This document shows, piece by piece, positions 37,661 through 44,856 of a stretch of DNA of 44,856 bases. The translations under genes and the position numbers were made by a program. Below the pieces are notes generated by a model. The model was not told the origin of the DNA, did no database searches, and saw nothing but the letters and a program-made list of their open reading frames with translations. This DNA is from a bacterium (lineage in GTDB: Bacteria > JAMCPX01), in contig JBBIVV010000015.1 of the NCBI GenBank assembly GCA_037439545.1, forward strand, positions 5,460 through 50,315, read 5' to 3'. Every line of letters begins with the position of its first letter. Position 1 is the first letter of the stretch.

Positions 37661-39078
37661 TGGAGAAGTTAATCAAATTCGGGACATCCGGCTTCAGGGG
37701 TATCATAGCAGATACATTTACCTTTGAAACTTTGGCAGCTACGATACATGCTATAGCCGATTTTATTCATGCCCATCCTGAAAACGACCCTCCAAAGATT
37801 ATGGTGGGATATGACCCGCGCTTTATGGGAGATGTATTTGCAAAGAGTGCCGCAGAAGTATTGAACACCCTTGGCGTAGATGTACTCCTGACAAACCGTG
37901 ACACACCGACACCCGTCATATCATTCTATGTTATAAAACACGGGCTTGACGGTGCCGTAAATATTACTGCAAGCCATAATCCGCCGACATACACAGGCAT
38001 TAAATTTACACCGTCATGGGGCGGTCCTGCCACGTTGGAAGAAACAAAACAGATAGAGGTACTGGCGAACCAATATCTGGAGAGCAGTCTGTTCCGGCAG
38101 AAAGAAATGAAAAAAGGCACGACATTGGTTATAGATCCGATGCCAGAATACAGGGACGATCTTGAGGCCAAAATTGATTTCAAAGCGATTTCAAAAGCAA
38201 ACTTAAAGGTAGCAATTGACCCCCTGCACGGTGCAGGAAGGGGATACCTCAAGTCCCTCTGCGAGATACACGGTATAAAGCATATTTCCCTGCATGAAGA
38301 AAAGGACCCTTATTTCGGAGGCACTGCACCTGATCCTGAGGGGGCCAATCTTCATGACTTAAGAAAGCTTATGGAGAATGACGATACAATCGCCCTGGGT
38401 ATGGCAACGGACGGGGATGCAGACAGGTTCGGTATCGTGGACAGACACGGCAGATTCATACTGCCCGACTATGTGCTTGCGGTTCTGTCCGAGTATATAC
38501 TCACAACCCGTGATTTTGACGGCGGCCTCGGAAGATCCATTGCTACGACACACCTTATGGACAGGATAGCACGTCAGCATAACAGGGAGATATATGAGAC
38601 ACCGGTCGGCTTCAAATACATCGGGAAGCTTCTGTCAGAGGGAAAGATCGTGTTCGGCGGCGAAGAGAGCGGAGGACTTTCTATCACAGGGCACGTTCCT
38701 GAAAAAGACGGTATTATTGCCGGCCTGCTCGTGCTTGAAGCAGTCGCACGGGCGAACAAGTCTGTCAGTTCTATGCTTGCGGACATTTATAAGATGGTCG
38801 GTACGTTGTATGCTGAAAGACGGGATGTACAGCTCAGCGATAAGACACTCGCACATGCAAGGGCACTGATAAACACACCGTCCCTGCTTATCGATAGATT
38901 CAAACCGATCAGCATCGACAAGACGGATGGCTTAAAGCTGATGCTGGAAGGAGGTTCGTGGATCCTGCTCAGATTATCAGGCACAGAGCCGGTCATGAGG
39001 ATCTATTCTGAAGGAAGGCAGGAGACAGAAGCAGAACAGTATATAGCAATGATCAGGGACATACTTGAGCATACTTAA
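37660..39078 (+). CDS. Phosphoglucomutase/phosphomannomutase family protein
   Basis: FGTSGFRG, TASHNP, DGDADR, GEESGG, RLSGTEP. Confidence 0.95.
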   Translation: MEKLIKFGTSGFRGIIADTFTFETLAATIHAIADFIHAHPENDPPKIMVGYDPRFMGDVFAKSAAEVLNTLGVDVLLTNRDTPTPVISFYVIKHGLDGAVNITASHNPPTYTGIKFTPSWGGPATLEETKQIEVLANQYLESSLFRQKEMKKGTTLVIDPMPEYRDDLEAKIDFKAISKANLKVAIDPLHGAGRGYLKSLCEIHGIKHISLHEEKDPYFGGTAPDPEGANLHDLRKLMENDDTIALGMATDGDADRFGIVDRHGRFILPDYVLAVLSEYILTTRDFDGGLGRSIATTHLMDRIARQHNREIYETPVGFKYIGKLLSEGKIVFGGEESGGLSITGHVPEKDGIIAGLLVLEAVARANKSVSSMLADIYKMVGTLYAERRDVQLSDKTLAHARALINTPSLLIDRFKPISIDKTDGLKLMLEGGSWILLRLSGTEPVMRIYSEGRQETEAEQYIAMIRDILEHT

Positions 39079-39721
39079 AATAAAAGCTATTGTGGTAGGG
39101 CCCTTATGGGTCAACAGCTACCTTTTATGGGACAAGGATACGGGTGAGGGTATACTGGTGGACCCGGGAGATGAAGGGGAGAAATTGGTACGAATCATTA
39201 AGGAAAACAAGGTGGACTTAAAAAGCATTATCATAACGCATGGACATTTCGATCATATCAAAGATGCGGATTATGTGAGCTCGGCATTAAATGCACCTGT
39301 GCTTGCCCATAAAGATGAACTACCTTTTATTGAACACGTTGCAGAACAGGCGGCGATGTTCGGTTTTCCGCCGGTAAAGCCGCCTCATATAGACAACTAT
39401 TTGAAAGAGGGAGATATTGTGCCCGTAGCATCCTATGGATTTGAAGTACATACTACCCCCGGACACTCTCCGGGAAGTATTATGCTTTACAATAAATCAG
39501 AAGGCATAGCTCTCGTAGGGGACCTCATATTCTTTGAGTCAGTCGGGAGAACAGACCTGCCCGGTGGAGATTATGATGCACTATTAACGAGCATAAAAAC
39601 CCATATACTGTCATTGCCCGACAACACAAAGCTGTTGACAGGGCATGGTGATCCGACGACAGTAGGATATGAAAAGGCATACAATCCGTTTTTAACCGGG
39701 ATATACAGAGATGAAACTTGA
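39065..39721 (+). CDS. MBL-fold metallo-hydrolase (glyoxalase II/YcbL-like)
   Basis: THGHFDH, TPGHSPG, GDLIF..SVGRTDLPGG, GHG. Confidence 0.93.
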   Translation: MSILKIKAIVVGPLWVNSYLLWDKDTGEGILVDPGDEGEKLVRIIKENKVDLKSIIITHGHFDHIKDADYVSSALNAPVLAHKDELPFIEHVAEQAAMFGFPPVKPPHIDNYLKEGDIVPVASYGFEVHTTPGHSPGSIMLYNKSEGIALVGDLIFFESVGRTDLPGGDYDALLTSIKTHILSLPDNTKLLTGHGDPTTVGYEKAYNPFLTGIYRDET

Positions 39722-40910
39722 AAACAAAAATATACTCTTAGGCGTAACGGGCGGCATAGCGGCCTACAAGACTTTGGAGCTCGTAAGGCTCCTGGTAAAG
39801 CATAATGCCCTGGTAAATGTCGTCATGACGGCACATGCGGAAAAGTTTGTCGGAAAAATGTCTTTTCAGGCACTGTCCGGTAATCCGGTCCTTTCGGATA
39901 CATTCGATCTTATTGCAGGAGCAGAGATCAAGCATATATCGATACCCGACAACGCGGACATAGCCGTGGTCGCTCCGGCAACTGCGAATTTTATAGGAAA
40001 GCTCGCACATGGCATAGCGGATGATATGCTGACAACAATGATGCTTGCAATGACGAAGCCCGTGCTTATCGCCCCCTCGATGAACGTTCATATGTACGGG
40101 AACAGGATAGTGCAGGACAACATAAAAACCTTGAAGCAGTACGGTTACCACTTTATAGAGCCTAATGAAGGCTGGCTTGCATGCGGATATGAGGGAAAAG
40201 GCAGACTTGCAGAGCCTGATCAGATTATGGATGAAACAGAGCTCCTCCTGACCAAAAAAGATCTCCGGGGAAAAGAAATACTCGTTACCGCCGGACCTAC
40301 CAGGGAGTACATGGATCCGGTGCGGTTTATATCGAACCCGTCATCGGGAAAAATGGGCTATGCGCTTGCAAGGGCCGCGAGGATGAGAGGTGCACACGTT
40401 ACACTCGTGTCGGGAAAGGTTACCATAAAGCCGCCCTATGGCGTTGATTTCATAGAAATCGAATCGGCACAGCAGATGTTCGAGCACGTGAACAGCCTGT
40501 TCAAAAAAATGAATGCCATAATCATGTCAAGCGCCGTATCTGATTTTACTCCGTCAAAAACAAGCGCACAAAAAATAAAGAAAACCTCGGAATATCTTGA
40601 GGTAAGATTGAACAGGACGACCGATATCCTGTCCCATATAGCGAGAACCAAGGGGAATAAGATCATCGTAGGCTTTGCCGCAGAAACAGACAAGATGGAA
40701 CAGTATGCAAAAGAAAAATTAAAGCAAAAGCATATGGACATGATCGTGGCGAACAACGTGACCGAAAAGGACAGCGGATTCGGGGTCGACACGAACAGGG
40801 CCGTGCTCCTGTTCAAGGACGGTACCGTCGAAGACCTTCCCCTGATGCAGAAGTCCCTGCTCGCAGACGTGATACTTGACAGAATAGCACCGTTCCTCGC
40901 CGCACAATAA
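39711..40910 (+). CDS. coaBC: Bifunctional phosphopantothenoylcysteine decarboxylase/ligase
   Basis: GVTGGIAAYK, APATAN, PSMN, LACG..G.GRL, TAGPTRE..DPVRFISN.SSGKMG, GFAAET. Confidence 0.98.
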   Translation: MKLENKNILLGVTGGIAAYKTLELVRLLVKHNALVNVVMTAHAEKFVGKMSFQALSGNPVLSDTFDLIAGAEIKHISIPDNADIAVVAPATANFIGKLAHGIADDMLTTMMLAMTKPVLIAPSMNVHMYGNRIVQDNIKTLKQYGYHFIEPNEGWLACGYEGKGRLAEPDQIMDETELLLTKKDLRGKEILVTAGPTREYMDPVRFISNPSSGKMGYALARAARMRGAHVTLVSGKVTIKPPYGVDFIEIESAQQMFEHVNSLFKKMNAIIMSSAVSDFTPSKTSAQKIKKTSEYLEVRLNRTTDILSHIARTKGNKIIVGFAAETDKMEQYAKEKLKQKHMDMIVANNVTEKDSGFGVDTNRAVLLFKDGTVEDLPLMQKSLLADVILDRIAPFLAAQ

Positions 40911-40976
40911 TAAATTTGATATTTCACCCCACACCGTATCAACCTGTTTCCTTTCTCAACTCTGCATATTTTTGGG

Positions 40977-41004
40977 TTGACTCTTTTTTATGATAGGTTA
41001 AACT
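40977..41004 (+). promoter_or_regulatory. Sigma-70 promoter of rnpB
   Basis: TTGACT-16 nt-TAAACT, predicting +1 at about 41011, the first base of the P1 helix. Confidence 0.7.
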
Positions 41005-41010
41005 GACCGT

Positions 41011-41377
41011 GATCAGGATAATGGATGGCTGCTCCGCTTGCCTTTACTGGTACAGCGGGGAGGAAAGTCCGGACTTCAAAGGGCAGGATGGTCGCTAACG
41101 GCGACTGCCCCGATAAAATCAGGGTAAGGAAAGTGCAACAGAAAGTAAACCGTCCCGCCAAGCGGCGGGATAAGGGTGAAACGGCGAGGTAAGAGCTCAC
41201 CGGTGTCATACGCGAGTGTGGCAGCCGGGTAAACCCCATCCGAAGCAAGACCGAATATGCAGGCGGTTGAGGGCTGCCCGTCCGATGCCTGCGGGTCGGT
41301 CGCTCGAGGCTGTCAGCAATGGCAGTCCCAGATAAATAGCCATAATGAACAGAATCCGGCTTACGGTTATCCTGATC
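41011..41377 (+). ncRNA. rnpB: RNase P RNA (bacterial type A)
   Basis: GAGGAAAGTCCGG and AACAGAATCCGGCTTAC conserved regions; AAGTGCAACAGAAA; GGTGAAACGG; GGTAAACCCC; terminal P1 GATCAGGATAA/TTATCCTGATC; T-run follows. Confidence 0.98.
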
Positions 41378-41427
41378 TTTTTTATACCGGAGGATTCCAA
41401 TAAAGTCCCTCCTTGCCTCCTTTTTTT

Positions 41428-41598
41428 GAGACTGTATCACGATTACAGAAATCATAAGTTGTCACTCTGAGTCCTTCGCTTTTTGTCATTCTGAACGAAG
41501 TGAAGAATCTTTTCTTTAGCTCAGGATAAACTCCGCGAAGAGTCTATGGTTTCAGATTCTTCGGCTAAAGCCTCAGAATGACATTATGCCACAGCCTC
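41428..41598. mobile_element. MITE-like element (171 bp) containing nested TGTCATTCTGAG-type REP palindromes
   Basis: Ends GAGACTGTATCACGAT / ATTATGCCACAGCCTC (11/16 inverted match) flanked by TT/TT; internal TGTCACTCTGAG...CTCAGAATGACA and GAAGAATCT/AGATTCTTC arms. Confidence 0.65.
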
Positions 41599-41687
41599 TT
41601 CAAAGGAAGGAGAAAGAATGCGTTACGGGGTTTGTTTGCATATCTTTGGGAAAATGCGTATATAAATCCTATTAAAGGAGATCGTGA

Positions 41688-42425
41688 ATGGAAGGGATTA
41701 CTGTTTTTTATCCAATGTATAACGAAGAGCTTTACATAAAAAGGGCTATTGAAGCTGCAAAAGAGGTATGCGAGCGTATGCTCAGGGACCAGGAAATCGG
41801 GGATTATGAAATACTGATTATCGACGATGCCTCGAAAGATAACACCGGCAGGATTGCCGACGAGCTTTGTGCCGGAGATAAAAAAATAAACGTTATACAT
41901 CACGGTACGAACAAGGGACTCGGAGGTTCTTTGAAGACGGGCTTTTTAAACGCAAAGATGGATGTTATACTTTATTCCGATACCGACCTCCCTTTTGATA
42001 TGATGGAATTAAAAAAAGCTTACAGGCTCATGAGATACTATGAGGCTGACATAGTTGCTGCTTTCAGGTTTGACAGGACAGGCGAGGGGCTCAGAAGGCT
42101 GATCTATTCGTATGTGTACAATACACTTATAAAGTTTTTGTTTAATCTCAGGGTCAAGGACGTGAATTTCTCATTCAAACTTGTGAGAAAAGAGGTCTTC
42201 AACCATGTAACCCTGAAATCAGACGGCAGCTTTATAGACGCAGAGCTGCTTATCAAGGCAGAAAGATACGGCTTCAAGATCATACAGTTCGGGACAAACT
42301 ATTTCCCGCGCAGCAGGGGGGTATCAACGCTTTCAAGCTCATCTGTAATCTTAAAGATCATAAAGGAATTGAAATCACTGCGTCAGGAAATCAAACTCAT
42401 CCAGCCCGTTGTCAAGAGACGATGA
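41688..42425 (+). CDS. GT2 DPM1-like (polyprenol-phosphate) glycosyltransferase
   Basis: PMYNEE, IDDASKD.T, NKGLG, DTD (DxD), DVN.SFKL, DAELL, R..G.ST; SD AAGGAG. Confidence 0.9.
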   Translation: MEGITVFYPMYNEELYIKRAIEAAKEVCERMLRDQEIGDYEILIIDDASKDNTGRIADELCAGDKKINVIHHGTNKGLGGSLKTGFLNAKMDVILYSDTDLPFDMMELKKAYRLMRYYEADIVAAFRFDRTGEGLRRLIYSYVYNTLIKFLFNLRVKDVNFSFKLVRKEVFNHVTLKSDGSFIDAELLIKAERYGFKIIQFGTNYFPRSRGVSTLSSSSVILKIIKELKSLRQEIKLIQPVVKRR

Positions 42426-43225
42426 CCATAAAACTTATAGTAAATGCCGATGATTTCGGCCTGTGCAAAGAGATCTCTACAGGTATTATAAAGGCTTACT
42501 CCAGGGGCATTGTCACCTCTACATCCGTAGTCGTCAACGGAAAGTATTTTAAAGAATCTATAAGCTTATTAAAGGATACGGGTATCGATACAGGTATACA
42601 CCTTACCTTTACGGGCGGGGAAAAACCTGTTTCCGGGAAAGTCGGCGGCCTTGTAGATGACCATGGAATGTTCCTCAAAAGCTATAAAGAGGTCATTCCG
42701 AGGATTATCTTCAGAAGGTTCGATCACGATGCACTGAGAAAAGAACTGTCGGAACAGATCAGGATCCTCAGGAACAACAACATACCCGTCAGCCATATTG
42801 ACAGCCATCAGCACCTCCATCTGTTGCCGGGCATACGGGACATCATAATAGAACTTGCACACCGGTTTAATATAAAGTGGGTGCGGGTGCCGCAAGGCCG
42901 CATACTGAGCGCTCAGGGCCTTGCAATGATACTGATCGGGAACAGTTTTAAAGTAAAGTTAAAAAATCACAGCTTTAAATTCCCGGATGCGTTTCGCGGG
43001 TTTGAATATGGAGGACACATGAATGAAACCAACCTCTCGCGCGTGATCAGAAACCTGAACAAAGGTATGACAGAACTCATGGTTCACCCGGGGTATGACG
43101 CGTCACACTATTACGACTGGGGATATGCATGGGAAGATGAGCTTCAGGCGCTTACGTCTGAGAACATCAAGGCATTGATAAAAGACATGAAAATAACATT
43201 GACGAACTTTAGGGAGTTGAGATGA
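42422..43225 (+). CDS. YdjC/ChbG/HpnK-family carbohydrate deacetylase
   Basis: NADDFG, GIHLT, HIDSHQHLH, ELMVHPG, EL.AL; ATGA-coupled on both sides. Confidence 0.93.
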   Translation: MTIKLIVNADDFGLCKEISTGIIKAYSRGIVTSTSVVVNGKYFKESISLLKDTGIDTGIHLTFTGGEKPVSGKVGGLVDDHGMFLKSYKEVIPRIIFRRFDHDALRKELSEQIRILRNNNIPVSHIDSHQHLHLLPGIRDIIIELAHRFNIKWVRVPQGRILSAQGLAMILIGNSFKVKLKNHSFKFPDAFRGFEYGGHMNETNLSRVIRNLNKGMTELMVHPGYDASHYYDWGYAWEDELQALTSENIKALIKDMKITLTNFRELR

Positions 43226-44733
43226 AAGATAAGAGGTACGCTTATTTAACGTTTGCCCTAATTATTGGATTTTTTGTATTCAGGATCTTTTATATAGCGA
43301 CGACTCACTATGTGCTCTCCCAGGACGAAGCGTATTTCTGGGACTGGTCAAGGCACCCTGCACTGAGTTATTATGACATGGGTCCCATGATTGCATGGAC
43401 CATTGTCTTTTTTACTCATATACTTCCCTTATCCGCATTCTCCGTACGACTCGGAGCACCTGTATTCGCAGCAATAACTGCTCTTGTCATCTACATACTT
43501 ACCGTCGATGTTACAGAGTCACGTATGCTTGGGTTCTGGGTTATAGTGTTGTTCCATATACTTCCCATCGGTATGACCGGCGGTATCATAATGACGTACT
43601 ATTCTCCCCAGGTATTTTTCATGTCTCTCACCGCGCTATTCCTGTGGAAGCTTATTAAAGACGGCAGGGCATGGTGGTGGTATCTTATCGGCTTCAGCCT
43701 TGGGCTCGGGTTGCTGTCACATCACATGTTTACCTTTTTCACGGCAGAGGTCGGTCTTTTTGTCCTGCTGTCAGAAAAATCCAGGTTCTGGTTAAGGCGC
43801 AAAGAGCCATACCTTGCCCTGCTTATAGAATTCATTGTGGCAAGCCCTATACTGATCTGGAATGCCACGCACAACTTTGTTATGTTCAGGCATGCCCTTG
43901 GTATGATGGCGGAAACGAAAAATATCACCTTTACTTTGTTTGAATATATCGGAGGACAGGCTGGTATAGAAGCCGGATTTTTCTTTATTGCAGTGGTCTA
44001 TGGTTTGTCCGTAAGCGGATACAGAGGGATCAAATTCAAGAATGACAAATATCTTTTCCTGTTTTGCCTGTCAGCGCCCGTGATACTCTTTATAGCGCTC
44101 CTCAGCATAGGAGGCCGCACGGAGCCGAACTGGCCTGTTTCGGGCTACATAACAGGTTCTATTGCCGCTGTGTATGTGCTTTATGAAAAGTATAAAACAG
44201 GCAAACATAGCTTCCGCCTGCTTATCAATACCGGGCTTGCGTTCACTGTAGTTCTATGCGTCCTCACATCTGCAGTTGCCTATTACCCTTCCCTGATGCA
44301 TGACATCGGTATATATATACCGCCGCGAAGGGACCCGACAAACAGGCTCTATGGATGGAAAGATCTCGGCAACCAGGTCTCGGATTTACTTTCTACGATG
44401 CCTGAAGGAAGTTTTGTCGCGACCCATGAATACGGACTCAATGGTGAACTCGCATTTTATGTCAAAGGGCATCCGGAGATTTATGAAATCCCTGTAATCC
44501 GCCGTTTTAGTCAGTATGATTTGTGGAATAACTTCAGGGCTGTCAAAAACAATGATGCCGTGTATGTAGGGTATGCGCCGATAGAGAAAGAGGTCTCAGA
44601 ACTGTTTGACCGCGTTGCGCCCGCAGGAGAGCTTATAATCCGTGCAAAACATGACCACGCCGTGCGGTTCACCTTCTATCTGTACAAATGCTACGGGTAC
44701 AAAGGCACGGCAGGAGAGCTGTCCACGTTCTGA
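43222..44733 (+). CDS. ArnT/PMT-like GT-C membrane glycosyltransferase, copy 2
   Basis: LSQDEAYFWDWSRHPALSYYDMGPMIAW; multi-TM; clear paralog of 8457..9932. Confidence 0.87.
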   Translation: MKDKRYAYLTFALIIGFFVFRIFYIATTHYVLSQDEAYFWDWSRHPALSYYDMGPMIAWTIVFFTHILPLSAFSVRLGAPVFAAITALVIYILTVDVTESRMLGFWVIVLFHILPIGMTGGIIMTYYSPQVFFMSLTALFLWKLIKDGRAWWWYLIGFSLGLGLLSHHMFTFFTAEVGLFVLLSEKSRFWLRRKEPYLALLIEFIVASPILIWNATHNFVMFRHALGMMAETKNITFTLFEYIGGQAGIEAGFFFIAVVYGLSVSGYRGIKFKNDKYLFLFCLSAPVILFIALLSIGGRTEPNWPVSGYITGSIAAVYVLYEKYKTGKHSFRLLINTGLAFTVVLCVLTSAVAYYPSLMHDIGIYIPPRRDPTNRLYGWKDLGNQVSDLLSTMPEGSFVATHEYGLNGELAFYVKGHPEIYEIPVIRRFSQYDLWNNFRAVKNNDAVYVGYAPIEKEVSELFDRVAPAGELIIRAKHDHAVRFTFYLYKCYGYKGTAGELSTF

Positions 44734-44754
44734 GTTGATAAAAAATACTTCGCT

Positions 44755-44856
44755 TCAGTAATGGTCAGTCTCTTTAAGGCTATCTTTTTTGATTCTATGA
44801 ACTATTCTATAATCCTGATAAATCTTTTCTCTTAAATTCTTTTTTTCATATTCCGG
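44755..44856 (-). CDS. 3' end of a RelE/ParE-family toxin-like gene (partial; runs off the window)
   Basis: Hand translation PEYEKKNLREKIYQDYRIVHRIKKDSLKETDHY* resembles the PE...REL.Y..YRI.YR pattern of RelE/ParE toxins; not in the ORF track. Confidence 0.6.
   Translation of the reverse strand, partial: PEYEKKNLREKIYQDYRIVHRIKKDSLKETDHY

Noticed and set aside
40988..41455. 155-aa and 64-aa minus-strand ORFs
   Set aside because: Antisense shadows of the rnpB RNA gene.

Overview
A mostly core-genome segment (about 43% GC by eye) of a diderm bacterium, probably an anaerobic or microaerophilic deltaproteobacterial-type lineage (inference from gene content and order). Housekeeping genes: leuS, aroD, gmhA, a signalling-type PTS operon (hpf-hprK-rapZ-EIIA-ptsH-ptsI-mce), glyQS-ppdK, anmK, lptD, radC/comM, nadA, pgm-MBL-coaBC and the RNase P RNA gene rnpB. 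No CRISPR array, transposase, integrase, tRNA or rRNA was seen. Main points of interest: (1) an orphan 9-heme lipoprotein cytochrome c on an Ig/PKD-like stalk; (2) two paralogous ArnT/GT-C loci, GT2-YdjC deacetylase-ArnT and ICMT/LmtA-like methyltransferase-ArnT-gmhA, that look like a two-part lipid A/envelope remodelling system; (3) a CxxC-x9-CxxC zinc-ribbon-like insertion inside PPDK; (4) a 46-bp palindrome inserted in-frame in glyS, with a related palindrome hosting a nested stack of MITE/REP elements after rnpB; (5) a hemerythrin-ankyrin pair with an FNR/CRP-type box at -41.5, and a short bacterioferritin with a PerR-like operator; (6) repeated leaderless-type promoter geometry; (7) the 3' end of a RelE/ParE-like toxin gene at the right edge, missed by the ORF track. 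All family assignments come from motif recognition; no database searches were run.
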